DNA of 64,000 nucleotides. Source: Candidatus Latescibacterota bacterium. GTDB lineage: Bacteria; Krumholzibacteriota; Krumholzibacteriia; WVZY01. How positions within the stretch are numbered: position 1 is the stretch's first letter; each line of letters begins with the position of its first letter. The translations under genes and the position numbers were made by a program. The notes under the pieces are model-generated. The model saw only the letters and a list, made by a program, of their open reading frames with translations, did not search any database and was not told where the DNA came from. The stretch covers positions 96,001 to 160,000 of the forward strand of contig CAWBQK010000004.1 in assembly GCA_963791045.1 (NCBI GenBank), written 5' to 3'. Shown here piece after piece: positions 18,111 through 28,363 of this stretch.

Positions 18111-21100
18111 CTAATGCAATTTCGCCCCCCACTTATCTTCCACCAGTGTATAGAGAACCGGCAGCACAATCTGCGTCAACAGTAGCGACGTGACCAGCCC
18201 ACCCAACACCACAGTGGCCAGCGGGCGCTGGATCTCCGAACCGTTGCCCGTAGCATAAATGAGAGGGAGAAGGCCGAGGAGGGTCGTGAGCGCCGTCATA
18301 AGCAGCGGCCGGAAGCGCAGCTCGCAACCGCGCGTCACTGCGTCTATGGTGTCCATACCGTCCGCGCGAAGTTGATTGATGAACGTAATGAGTACGGTGC
18401 CGTTCTCGACGGCGATTCCGAAAAGAGCTATAAATCCGATCGTTGCGGGAACACTCAGATCCATCCGCAGCAGGACCATCGCCAGAATAGCGCCGATGAG
18501 AGCAAACGGCAGGTTCACCAGAACGAGGAGCGCGCTTCGCATCGAGTTAAAAGTCGAGAAGAGCATCAGGAAAATCAAAAGTATCGATATCGGTACAACG
18601 ATACCCAGTCTGTGCATGGCCCGCTGCTGGTTCTCGAACTGTCCCCCGTACTCGACATAGTAGCCGGCGGGAAGCGCTTCCACCACCGGCTCTATCCGCT
18701 GCTGGACTTCGGTCACAAAACTACCCATGTCCCTGCCGCGAATATTCGATTCGACGACAACGCGGCGCATCCCATTCTCGCGGCTAATCTGCGCCGGCGC
18801 TTCTATCTGGTTGATTGCAGCCAGCTGACCAAGCGGTACGTTTGTCCCTTCCGGCGAAGATATGAGGATACGCTCGAGCGCTTCAATGTCGGCCCTGTAC
18901 TCCTCCGGAAAACGCACCAGGACGGCGAAGCGCTTTTGACCCTCCACGACGGTCGAGGCGATTTTGCCACCCACGGCGGTCTCGACAATATCGTTGATGT
19001 CGGCAAGATTAATCTTGTGCCGGGCGATCGCCGTGCGGTCAACGACGATTTCAACCTGGCTGAATCCCGCTACCTGCTCCACTTTGACGTCCTCTGCACC
19101 CTCAATGCCGCCAATCGCGAACGCGATCCGGTTGGCGTTCTCCCTGAGAATCTCCAGATCGCTCCCAAACACCTTGATGGCCACATCGCTCTTGATGCCG
19201 GACACGAGTTCGTTGACCCTGAGCGCGATCGGCTGCGAAAAGGAGAGTCGAATCCCGGGGATCTTGCTCAATTCTATTTGAATGCCGTCAACCAGCTCTT
19301 CCCTGTTTCGGCCGGTACGCCACTCTCGCTGTGGATGGAGCATGATGAATACGTCGCTCTGTTCCGGGCCCATCGGATCCTCGGATATTTCCGCGCGACC
19401 GGTTTTGGTCACGACGGTTTTGACCTCGGGAAATCTCTCCAGGAGAACCCGCTCGATCTCGGTACCCACGGCAACAGATCCTTCGAGCGATGCCGACGGC
19501 AGTCGGACAATATTGACCGCGATGGCACCCTCGTTAAGCGACGGCAAAAACTCCGTTCCTATTAACGGCGTCAGGAGGAGCGAAACCGCCAGCACACCAA
19601 ATGCTATGAGGATCGTTCGTCTGCGTCTCTTTAGTGTCCACGAAAGGACCCTCAAATAACTCTGTTTCATCACTCTGACCAGCGCGTTCTCCCGGGACAC
19701 AACCCCCTCACGAAGAAAGAGTGAGCACAACACCGGCACGATCGTAAACGACACCAAAAGCGAACCGATCATGGCGAAACACACCGTAAGCGCGAGAGGC
19801 CGGAACATCTTGCCTTCCATACCCTCGAGCAAAAGAATCGGAACAAATACGACGATGATAATGACAATAGCGAACAATAGCGGACGCGCGACCTCGCATA
19901 CAGCCCGGTACGTGATCTCAATACGGGAAGCAGCCGCGTTTTTGGCGTCGGAGAGGTGCCGCGAGATGTTTTCCGCAATAACAACAGACGCATCCACGAT
20001 CATACCAATGGCGATCGCCAAACCGCCGAGACTCATCAAGTTCGCCGTTACCCCCTGCCATTTCATCATGATGAACGCGAACATCGCCGTCAGAGGAAGC
20101 GACAGTGCCACGATGACCGATGCCCGCAAATTACCAAGAAACAAAAACAGAATAATAACGACGAATATGCTCCCCTGCAGGAGCGCGAAACCGACCGTGC
20201 GGATGCATGCCTGGATGAGAGACGTGCGATCGTAGAATGGATCTATACGCACATCATCCGGCAGGCTCGCCTGGATCTTGGGCACGGTCTTCTTCACGCG
20301 GTCGACAACTATCTTGGAGTTCTCGCCCTTTAGCATGATGACCATTCCAGCGACGGTTTCGCCTTTGGCATCTCGCGACACCGCGCCCTGTCTCGTTTCG
20401 GCACCGGGCTGCACGGTGGCAACGTCTTTCAAATAGATGGGTGTACCGTCCGAAGCCTCGAGTACGATGTTCTCAATGTCAGATATGGTTTGGATAAGTC
20501 CCACGCTTCGAACATACGACTGTTCCCATCCCTGGATCAGAAAGTTGCCGCCCGCATTGGCGTTGTTCCTTTTGATCGCCTCCATGACCCCGTCAAGCGT
20601 CTGCCCGTATTTCAAAAGCTGGTTGGGATTGACAAGGACCTGATACTGCTTGACCAGACCTCCAAAACTGTTGACCTCGTTGACTCCCGCGAGTGACTTG
20701 AGCTGCGGGGCTATTATCCAGTCCTGGATTGTTCGAAGCTCCATCGGTGTCCGAGTGTCGCTCTCCACCGTGTACTGGTAGATCTCTCCGAGCCCGGTGC
20801 TGATGGGCCCCATCTCGGGTTCCACGAATTCCGGGAGCGTCTCTTTCGCCGATTGCAGGCGTTCGAATACAAGCTGCCTCGCAAAATAGGTATCCACATG
20901 GTCCTCAAAGACAACGATCACCTGGGACAGAGCGGCCTTCGACAGGGAGCGCACAAGTGATACATCCGGCAAACCCTGCATGGCCAGTTCGATGGGAAAC
21001 GTGATTTGCTGCTCTACATCGACAGGGGCAAGTCCCGGCGCCTCGGTCAGGATCATCACCTGAACGTTGGTCACGTCGGGAAAGGCGTCGATGGGCAGGA

Positions 21101-21197
21101 GGTTCCACGCGAGGATACCGCCGAGCATCAATACAATGGTGGCGATGATCACCAGCAATCGTTGATGAAGGACAAATTGAATCAGTTTGTCGAGCAT
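18111..21197 (-). CDS. czcA: CusA/CzcA heavy-metal efflux RND permease
   Basis: LPIDAFPDVTNVQV, GPISTGLGEIYQY, ANLMSLGGLAIAIGMIVD, EGKMFRPLA, GSEIQRPLATVVLGG. Confidence 0.92.
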   Translation of the reverse strand: MLDKLIQFVLHQRLLVIIATIVLMLGGILAWNLLPIDAFPDVTNVQVMILTEAPGLAPVDVEQQITFPIELAMQGLPDVSLVRSLSKAALSQVIVVFEDHVDTYFARQLVFERLQSAKETLPEFVEPEMGPISTGLGEIYQYTVESDTRTPMELRTIQDWIIAPQLKSLAGVNEVNSFGGLVKQYQVLVNPNQLLKYGQTLDGVMEAIKRNNANAGGNFLIQGWEQSYVRSVGLIQTISDIENIVLEASDGTPIYLKDVATVQPGAETRQGAVSRDAKGETVAGMVIMLKGENSKIVVDRVKKTVPKIQASLPDDVRIDPFYDRTSLIQACIRTVGFALLQGSIFVVIILFLFLGNLRASVIVALSLPLTAMFAFIMMKWQGVTANLMSLGGLAIAIGMIVDASVVIAENISRHLSDAKNAAASRIEITYRAVCEVARPLLFAIVIIIVVFVPILLLEGMEGKMFRPLALTVCFAMIGSLLVSFTIVPVLCSLFLREGVVSRENALVRVMKQSYLRVLSWTLKRRRRTILIAFGVLAVSLLLTPLIGTEFLPSLNEGAIAVNIVRLPSASLEGSVAVGTEIERVLLERFPEVKTVVTKTGRAEISEDPMGPEQSDVFIMLHPQREWRTGRNREELVDGIQIELSKIPGIRLSFSQPIALRVNELVSGIKSDVAIKVFGSDLEILRENANRIAFAIGGIEGAEDVKVEQVAGFSQVEIVVDRTAIARHKINLADINDIVETAVGGKIASTVVEGQKRFAVLVRFPEEYRADIEALERILISSPEGTNVPLGQLAAINQIEAPAQISRENGMRRVVVESNIRGRDMGSFVTEVQQRIEPVVEALPAGYYVEYGGQFENQQRAMHRLGIVVPISILLIFLMLFSTFNSMRSALLVLVNLPFALIGAILAMVLLRMDLSVPATIGFIALFGIAVENGTVLITFINQLRADGMDTIDAVTRGCELRFRPLLMTALTTLLGLLPLIYATGNGSEIQRPLATVVLGGLVTSLLLTQIVLPVLYTLVEDKWGAKLH

Positions 21198-21206
21198 GTC
21201 CCTCTC

Positions 21207-22548
21207 CTAGTCTGCGCAACCGGCGCCCATTTTTTCTCGAAGGACGTCCGATTTCAAAAGGAACGCACCCTCGGTAACAATTCGATCACCCGGCCGCAGG
21301 CCTTCGAGCACTTCGACCATGTCAAAAAACACACGGCCCTTACGAATCGAGCGGCGGACATAGAATCCTTCTTTCCAGTGGATGAACACAAAGTCATCCC
21401 CCTCGTCGGACAGGAGCGCCCCCACTGGAACCGCAAGTACCGTTTGTTCTCCCCGCAGCCCGATACGAATCTTACAAAACATACCCGGCCGCAACAGTCC
21501 GTCGGAATTCAGGACCGTCGCACGCACCTTGATCGTCCGCGTTGTCTCATCCATGGTCGCCCCGATATAGTCGATCGCGCCTGCGAAAGGCGTATCGGGA
21601 AACGCGCTCACATGCACATCGACCGGAATCGGCCCGTCCTTTTCAGCTGTCAGAAGCCGGGGCAGATCCTTCTCGTAAATATCGACCCACGCCCACACGC
21701 TGCTGAGATCCGCCACGAGCAGAACGTCCTCGCCCGGCTCGACCAGCTCCCCCATCACAGCGTGTTTTTGAATGACTGTGCCGGCGATGGACGCCCGGAC
21801 CGGCAACCGTCCGGTGTTGCCGTTACGATTATCCGTTCTCAACGCCACGAGATCATCATCGGTGAGTCCGAAGACACGGAGCGCATCCGAGGCCCCCGTC
21901 ATCTCTGCGTTGTATTTCTCAAAAGCGATCTGAGCCTCTATCAAATCCTGCTCCGAGGAGATATTCTGTTCCTTGAGACGCTTTTCCCTGTCGAAATTTG
22001 TGCGGGAGAGTTCAGCCAGCGAACGGCTGAGTTCGTAGGCAGCGAGCGTTTTCCCGAGCTCAACGCTGCTGATCTCGAAAAGAAGATCGCCCCGTTCTAT
22101 CCGGGCGCCGATATCGACATACACCTTTTCGATGATGCCGGGAATGCGCGGGCTCACATGCACAGCCTGGTTCTCGTTCAGCTGGATCTCTCCGGTGACA
22201 TCAAGACCAATGGTCACCCGTCTCTCGTCCACGGTATCGATAGACAAGAGCCCGCCGGCGATCCCGGTTGAGTCTTTCATCAGATCCGGCGACACCTTGA
22301 CGACGCCTATTTCATAGCGGCATTCGTCACACATATAGGTTGCCATATCATGTTCGCAACGAGCTTCCGCGATCTCGTTCAATGACAACAATGCGAAATT
22401 CTCTTCTGCGTCTCCGTGTTCGGCGTGAGCATTCACCGGTTCCGCGTTGGGCGAACTATCCTGCCCGCAACCAATGCACATACCCATTACCGAGGATCGC
22501 CGCGATCGCAACGCTCCTTCGCCCGCCAAAAGAAACAATCCGTCTCAT
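21207..22548 (-). CDS. czcB: CzcB/CusB efflux periplasmic adaptor lipoprotein; apparent +1 indel near 22490
   Basis: MFP motifs (VSPRIPG, ADLSSVW, TRTIKVRA, LRPGMF); strong RBS GGAGGAG before ATG 22548 whose frame joins the lipobox ...MCIGC after one extra base is removed. Confidence 0.85.
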
Positions 22549-22562
22549 GTCCGCTCCTCCAA

Positions 22563-23942
22563 CTAGGATGATCCGCCTTCAAAAAATGAATCTAGTCCGG
22601 TTCCGACGAGACTCTCAACGAGCGCCACAGCACGGTGGAAACGAGCCAGGGAGTCGATGAGACGCGCATTCGCCTCTGCAAAGGTCCGCTGCGAATCCAG
22701 GACTTCCAGGTAACCGAACTTGCCCTCGCTGTAGCCGCTCCGTGCCGCTTCGAACGCCCGCCCGGCTGCGGGGACGACTTCGTTCTCCAAAGCAAGAGCT
22801 TCGGCGCGGGCACTCACCAGCGCTTCATATGATTCCCGCAGAGCCGTTGTTATACGCAAATGGGCCGCTTTTGACCGGCGCTCAGTTTGCGCGATCTTGT
22901 AACGCGCCTCCTGGATGCCTCCCTGATTTCGATCAAATATGGGTATCGGCAAACTTATACCCACCGTGAAAGCATAAACATCGCCCTCCCCAAACCATCT
23001 CATGCCTCCGCTGAGCGTCAGGTTCACGGCCCGTTGTGCCCGCTCAAGAGCGAGCCCGGCAAGACGGTGTTCCATCTCACCGGCCCATCGGGCAACGGCC
23101 GGGTTCTCATAGACGAGCGAGTCCAGGGATTCGAAAGATGGTACTTGCTCCACGTAGTCGAGGGTGCCTGTCGCTTGCGAAAACTGCGGCGCGTTACTCC
23201 CCCAGGTTTCGGCCAATCGCTTTCTCGCTATTCGCAAATTGCTCTTCGCCGTTACCAGTTTAATTTTTGTGTTGGCCAACTCGATGGCCGCTTTGGTTTC
23301 TTCGAGAGGCGACACCTTGCCCGCTCTGACCCGTTCCTTCACCACACCTGCCATCTCCTCAGAGAGACGGTATAGATCTTCCATCAATTCGAGTTGACTT
23401 TGCGCGGTGAGAACGTCAATGAAGCTAAGTGTGGCGTCGGTCAAAACCGTCAGCCGTTCTGTTTCGTAGTCATAACGGGCGAGTTGGGTCTCGGCGTCCA
23501 TGACTTGTCTCCGGGCACCGCGCTTGCCCCCTAGTTCGATGACTTGACTCAACCGAACCGTCGTTTCAGCCACGTCGAGACCCGCGAAAGGTCCGTCGCC
23601 GCCGAACTCCTCAAGCTCAACTTCGAGTTCAGGGTTGGGCCGCAGGCCGGCTTGCAGAGCGCGGGCTTCGCTTATGCGTATACTCCAGGAAACGTCCGCC
23701 AGCCGGGGATTTTGCAGAAGCGACAGGGCAAGGGCGTCCCGAAAATAAAGCTCCCCAGCCGATTCACGAACTTCCGGTTGTGTCGATGCCGGCGGTTCTG
23801 GATCCGCCGGCGCCAGGTATGCTTCGGTCTCGTTTCCGAGCGGTCGCGGCACCGGCGGAGTTGTATCGATTCGATGGGACGCGCATCCGGTGAGGACGAA
23901 AACGGCCGTCATGGACATGGTCGTCAGATATCGTCCGAACAT
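22563..23942 (-). CDS. czcC: CzcC/TolC outer membrane efflux lipoprotein
   Basis: Lipobox VLTGC; QAGLRPNPEL, ELGGKR.AR, PIFDRNQG, GKFGYLEVLDSQRT. Confidence 0.9.
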   Translation of the reverse strand: MFGRYLTTMSMTAVFVLTGCASHRIDTTPPVPRPLGNETEAYLAPADPEPPASTQPEVRESAGELYFRDALALSLLQNPRLADVSWSIRISEARALQAGLRPNPELEVELEEFGGDGPFAGLDVAETTVRLSQVIELGGKRGARRQVMDAETQLARYDYETERLTVLTDATLSFIDVLTAQSQLELMEDLYRLSEEMAGVVKERVRAGKVSPLEETKAAIELANTKIKLVTAKSNLRIARKRLAETWGSNAPQFSQATGTLDYVEQVPSFESLDSLVYENPAVARWAGEMEHRLAGLALERAQRAVNLTLSGGMRWFGEGDVYAFTVGISLPIPIFDRNQGGIQEARYKIAQTERRSKAAHLRITTALRESYEALVSARAEALALENEVVPAAGRAFEAARSGYSEGKFGYLEVLDSQRTFAEANARLIDSLARFHRAVALVESLVGTGLDSFFEGGSS

Positions 23943-24076
23943 GAGAAATTCCTCACAAGTGAAAAGTCATCGCATCTGTGCGTGTATTCAATCGCTAACG
24001 CACGAGCTATGGCGAAAAGGATCGAATCCAGTAAATAGATTAAAAACGCGGATTAGTTGGCAATATGAGCGAAGGC

Positions 24077-24493
24077 CTAAAGGAGAAGGAACGTGGACTT
24101 GATGGGGATCATCGCAAGTTCAGCGGGATTTACAGCACTCACGAACAGCTTCTTCGCACCGGAAGCGGTACCGCTCACCGGGATGATCGAATGCTGAACC
24201 GGAATCATATCCGAATTATCTTTGTGCGACGGTACTTTGAACGGATTTGCCGATACCAGGGTGTCCGAACAGGGCCCGCAAGAGCTGTGCCCTGCAGATT
24301 CCAGATCGGATGCGGCGAAGAACAGAGACGACGGCATATGGGCTTGCACGGAAGGGGAACAGCACTCGTCGAAGGTCTTCTCGACGGCGAAGTGGCCCTC
24401 TTCTCCACGGCACAGAATCACCCCGGGCAAGAGTCCCTGCCCCAGGAGCGCGATAATCACCGCAAAGATCGCCATATGACGGCTGTATTTCAT
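24077..24493 (-). CDS. Small Cys/His-rich exported protein upstream of czcC (CzcI-like position)
   Basis: N-terminal hydrophobic segment; LCRGEEGHFAVE, ECC, HSSCGPCSD; exact start uncertain (24475-24529). Confidence 0.6.
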   Translation of the reverse strand: MKYSRHMAIFAVIIALLGQGLLPGVILCRGEEGHFAVEKTFDECCSPSVQAHMPSSLFFAASDLESAGHSSCGPCSDTLVSANPFKVPSHKDNSDMIPVQHSIIPVSGTASGAKKLFVSAVNPAELAMIPIKSTFLLL

Positions 24494-24537
24494 GTTGTTT
24501 AACATAACGAATTCTATACCGTTAGCCAAGAAGAAGA

Positions 24538-24614
24538 TGGAGGCGGCACCCGGATTCGAACCGGGGAATAACGGTTTTGCAGACCGTCGCCTTAAACCAC
24601 TTGGCTATGCCGCC
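24538..24614 (-). tRNA. tRNA-Cys(GCA)
   Basis: GGCGGCATAGCCAAGTGG...CTGCAAA...GGTTCGAATCC...GCCGCCTCCA; encoded CCA. Confidence 0.97.
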
Positions 24615-24801
24615 TCAAGAAGGATGGTTTTGAATTTTCACCGCCCTGACCGCGTCAACTCAACTTAGAGACCGGTTAGAGGGCGTTAACCCAAACCAAT
24701 ATGTAGTCAGACTCTACGCGAATACTACCGTCTCCAATCCGCAAAATCAACAACCGTTTTTGGAGGTGCAAATTACGGGCCACAGGACAATATCCCGCCG
24801 C

Positions 24802-25590
24802 TCACTTCCCCTCTGCACTCGGCGGTTCGATCCGCCTAAGCACACGGGCGGGGACGCCGCCCACAACGGTATAGGGTTCCACGTCCGCATTCACCACGGC
24901 CCCCGCTGCAATCACCGCATGATCACCGATCGTGACCCCACCGAGAATGACCGTATGCGCCCCGATCCAGACATTGTCCCCGATTCGAATCGGACGGCCG
25001 AAATAGGCCTGGTCCAAAGTATCCGTGTCGATCTTTTCAAAATCATGGTTGCCGCAGACGATGACGGCTTGCGCCGCGATCAAAACATTGTCGCCCATGG
25101 TGATTCCCCCCTGCCCCGCGCTAATCACCGCATCAACCCCGATCCAACAGTTCTCTCCGGTCACAATACCCTCATTGGGTTTTGCGTTCGACACGTATGA
25201 ACACAGATACGCGCCGCGCATGACCCTCGTCCCGGCGCCAAGTTCGATCGCCGCAACGGACGAGTGCAAACGACAATGGCGATCGACATACACGCCCCGC
25301 CCCATGCGGATGGTATCCATATAAAACAACTCGACGCCCGGTTCGACATATGCGTTCTCGGAGCCTTTTGCGAACAGCGGCCGGTAAAGGAACGACCGTA
25401 TCAGCAGACCGGGAGGCCCCGGGATCCACGACACCAGCGTTTGCAGGCCCTGTTCGAGGAGGTATCGCGCCGTACTTCGTGCTCGCGTTTTGAGGTAAAG
25501 CATGGCCGCGTCCGATGACGCGTCCGACATGTAGTCGCGGAGGCTTTCTTTTTCGGGGGACGAACCGGTGTCGTGCGGTGAATCACTCAT
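24802..25590 (-). CDS. Hexapeptide-repeat (LbH) acyltransferase, maltose/galactoside O-acetyltransferase-like
   Basis: IGDNVWIG, GVTIGDHAVIAAGAVV, VVGGVPARV; start overlaps the SIMPL stop. Confidence 0.85.
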   Translation of the reverse strand: MSDSPHDTGSSPEKESLRDYMSDASSDAAMLYLKTRARSTARYLLEQGLQTLVSWIPGPPGLLIRSFLYRPLFAKGSENAYVEPGVELFYMDTIRMGRGVYVDRHCRLHSSVAAIELGAGTRVMRGAYLCSYVSNAKPNEGIVTGENCWIGVDAVISAGQGGITMGDNVLIAAQAVIVCGNHDFEKIDTDTLDQAYFGRPIRIGDNVWIGAHTVILGGVTIGDHAVIAAGAVVNADVEPYTVVGGVPARVLRRIEPPSAEGK

Positions 25591-26225
25591 CAGATAAGCT
25601 CCCACTCAACCGTCACCGAGTCGTGAGCGTCGACATCCTCGGGTTCGATATCCGGCATCCTCGCTTCACACATCATCTCGGACGGCATCGAATAACCCAC
25701 CGATCGGAAATGGATCTCGGACCATCCGTATTCCATCTTTAGTACTTTACCCAAACGACAGCCAGCCGCGGACGCGATGGCTTTCGCATTTTTTTGTGCC
25801 GTTTTAGTGGCATCGACGAGAACGGCTTCCCGAACCGCCGCCTTATCCGTCACTTCAAAATGAATGTTGAACTCTGCCTGGATCGACTCGGTCGCCACCG
25901 CTTCGAATGCCTGGTTCAACCTATCGCGATCGACGGGAAGTTCGAGACGCAGGTTGTGCTTGGCGATCCACCCGTTGAACACCCTCTCGTCTTCTACATA
26001 TTTATAATCGGCGTCCACATCGAATCGCGTTGTCTTGAGCTGCTTTCGATCGATGTCGACACTGGAGAGTTTCTCACGAAGTTCGGCGACGCGCTCGTTC
26101 AGATCTTCAACCGCGGCGGTGTATTCCCGGCTGAAAGAGTTCATTTCAAATGTGATCACCGTCATATCCGGCGGGAGGCTGACGTTCCCGACCCCCTTTA
26201 CCGAGATGGTGGGTTCGTTGCCCAT
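25590..26225 (-). CDS. SIMPL (DUF541/BP26) domain protein without signal peptide
   Basis: ISVKGVGNVSLPPD, A.KNAKAIASAAG..LGKV, C-terminal SVTVEWEL; RBS AGGAG. Confidence 0.85.
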   Translation of the reverse strand: MGNEPTISVKGVGNVSLPPDMTVITFEMNSFSREYTAAVEDLNERVAELREKLSSVDIDRKQLKTTRFDVDADYKYVEDERVFNGWIAKHNLRLELPVDRDRLNQAFEAVATESIQAEFNIHFEVTDKAAVREAVLVDATKTAQKNAKAIASAAGCRLGKVLKMEYGWSEIHFRSVGYSMPSEMMCEARMPDIEPEDVDAHDSVTVEWELI

Positions 26226-26273
26226 AAGAGCTCCTTCCTGTGGATCGGTGATTTTTGAGGCAGGCAATAAAAA

Positions 26274-26348
26274 TGGAGCGGGAAACGGGATTCGAACCCG
26301 CGACATCGACCTTGGCAAGGTCGCGCTCTACCACTGAGCTATTCCCGC
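26274..26348 (-). tRNA. tRNA-Gly(GCC)
   Basis: GCGGGAATAGCTCAGTGGTAGAGC...TTGCCAA...GGTTCGAATCCCGTTTCCCGCTCCA. Confidence 0.98.
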
Positions 26349-26364
26349 TCCTTTATTGGTGTAA

Positions 26365-26392
26365 AGTATATGCGTAAAACGAGCTGTGTCAA
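26365..26392 (-). promoter_or_regulatory. Sigma70-type promoter of tRNA-Gly
   Basis: TTGACA-16 nt-TATACT just upstream of the tRNA. Confidence 0.75.
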
Positions 26393-26500
26393 CCGCAATT
26401 TGCTTTGTGACATAGGATTGACAGCAATTCCTCAAGACAGCCGCCGCCATCGACGCCCGATCCGGGCCACCCGGCAGACTCCGTCCAGGCGATGAGCCGC

Positions 26501-27055
26501 CTACAGGCCGTCGGTCCTCTCCGGCATCAATATCGTGCCCGACACAATCCACGCATCGCCATATCCCGCCTCGCGACATCGGTCACGAAGCGCTTCAGCA
26601 GCCTCTCTCGTGGGACAGTCACCAACACGGACCTTATAGACACCATCGACGTGGTCGACATAAGCCGGAGTTCCAATCCGCGCGGAAACGGCCGACCTGA
26701 CCGACTGCGCCGCTTCTTCGCTCCCCGAAGCCATAACCTGCACCCGGTACCCGTCCATTGTTTTACGGGTTGTCTCCGTGGTCTGCGCCGGCATCTCCAC
26801 CGGCGGCGTCTCCACGTTCTCGACGGCAACGGCGTCATCGGTCACCGGCATTTCTTCAAATGTCTCCGCGTTGTCGACTTCTTTTTTTACGTCCTTTTCC
26901 GCGAGCGGCGGCACGTCCCCTTCGCTCTCCAGCTTGTACGGCTCGGCGCTCGGATCGGTGGGGGGCGGCTTCTTCGTGGCGGTGTTGCACCCGCCGAGGA
27001 AAACTCCTGACACAAACATGACCATTATAATGAGGACCAAAATTGCCTTCGGCAT
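26501..27055 (-). CDS. SPOR domain lipoprotein
   Basis: Lipobox LGGC; GYRVQV...YKVRVGDC.TREAAE...GYGDAWIV. Confidence 0.85.
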   Translation of the reverse strand: MPKAILVLIIMVMFVSGVFLGGCNTATKKPPPTDPSAEPYKLESEGDVPPLAEKDVKKEVDNAETFEEMPVTDDAVAVENVETPPVEMPAQTTETTRKTMDGYRVQVMASGSEEAAQSVRSAVSARIGTPAYVDHVDGVYKVRVGDCPTREAAEALRDRCREAGYGDAWIVSGTILMPERTDGL

Positions 27056-27214
27056 AGGAACTCCTTGTGATGTAACCGCCGTATATAACCGGATACACAA
27101 ATCCGGCATCCGGGTGCCCAGATTAGCAGAGGTTTTTTGATAATGGAAAGGGGAATCTCTCTTTTCCGGTGAGCCACCATCCGCCCCGACACGCCCCGCG
27201 ACCGCCCCATCACC

Positions 27215-28363
27215 CTACAAGAGGTCCAGGTAGTACTGCTCGACCTCGTCGGTCACGCGGTCCCAGTTGAACCGTTCCTCAATCCGCTCGCGCCCCCTTC
27301 GTCCCCGCTCGGCCACAACGGTCGAATCCTTCAGCAGCTCCTGAAGCAAAAACCGCAAGTCGCTCACATCATTGGTCTTGAAGTATACGGCCACATCCCC
27401 GCCTACCTCCGAGTTCTCCGGAATATCACTGAGCAGAGCGCATCGGCCAAACCCCATTGCCTCGCACACGGTAATGGGAAGTCCCTCAACCTCCGAGGCC
27501 AGGACATATAAATGGGCATTGGAATACAGTTCTTCGAGAACCTCGCCGTACAGATCGCCGGTGAAAATCACGCGGTCGTCGGCCATCTCTTCGAGCCGCC
27601 GGGAGTAATCCGTCCGCGGCATCTCGCTCCCGACCACCACCAGTTTGAGCGGGGTATCGACCGACGCAAACGCCTTGAGCAGAGTGTGGACTCCCCTGTC
27701 GGGTATGATCCTTCCAACGGTGAGGATGTAGTCGCCGCCCTCGAGCCCTATTTGTTTGATCCGGTTCGGAGGTTTGATCGGCAAGATCGTCGCGCCGTTG
27801 GGGATATAGCGCGCACTCACCCCATACTTTCTTCCAATGTAGTCGCGCAATATTTCCGAAACCGCAATGACACCGCGACTCGAGCGAATCGCCGTTTCCT
27901 CGCCTTTCAACAGGGCGCGTTTCGCCCACTTGCCCCACTTCACCTGCCGCCAGTCGAGCGCATGGATGGTGGACACCACGGTTTGACCACCAAGACGAGC
28001 CACGGGCGCAAACGCCGACGGGCCGATTCCATGAAAGTGAACAATATCGAACGATCGCCGAAACGCCGTCTCGAGCGCGCAGAAAAAAGTGTGTGACGCG
28101 GCATCAAGATGTTTGGTGGGAACGCTGGGGCGATAAACGAGCCGGACACCCTTGTATGTGAACCCAGTGGGTCCTTTGTTCAACCCGTCGACTTTTGCAA
28201 TCGCCGCGTCTTCGGGTTTAAAACGATTTCGGCAAAAAACGGATACTTCGTGACCCCGCGCGGCAAGACGTGTGGAAATCTGATCGACATGCGTTTCGAT
28301 TCCGCCGAACCGGGCGGGTATCCCTTTCTGACCGATCATGGCAATTCGCAAGAGCCGGCGCAT
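27215..28363 (-). CDS. GT4 glycosyltransferase
   Basis: IGQKGIPARFGGIE; VGRI; EGLPITVCEAM. Confidence 0.9.
   Translation of the reverse strand: MRRLLRIAMIGQKGIPARFGGIETHVDQISTRLAARGHEVSVFCRNRFKPEDAAIAKVDGLNKGPTGFTYKGVRLVYRPSVPTKHLDAASHTFFCALETAFRRSFDIVHFHGIGPSAFAPVARLGGQTVVSTIHALDWRQVKWGKWAKRALLKGEETAIRSSRGVIAVSEILRDYIGRKYGVSARYIPNGATILPIKPPNRIKQIGLEGGDYILTVGRIIPDRGVHTLLKAFASVDTPLKLVVVGSEMPRTDYSRRLEEMADDRVIFTGDLYGEVLEELYSNAHLYVLASEVEGLPITVCEAMGFGRCALLSDIPENSEVGGDVAVYFKTNDVSDLRFLLQELLKDSTVVAERGRRGRERIEERFNWDRVTDEVEQYYLDLL

Noticed and set aside
18372-19565. 397-aa plus-strand ORF, and similar long ORFs at 21006-22271 and 35863-37041
   Set aside because: Antisense shadows of well-supported minus-strand genes in GC-rich DNA, with no recognisable motifs
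9940-22548. Programmed ribosomal frameshifting as the cause of the split genes
   Set aside because: No shared slippery heptamer or stimulatory structure, and the shifts go in both directions
24755-24775. TGGAGG resembling a duplicated tRNA-Cys 3' end (att site)
   Set aside because: The match is only about 6 nt and no integrase is present
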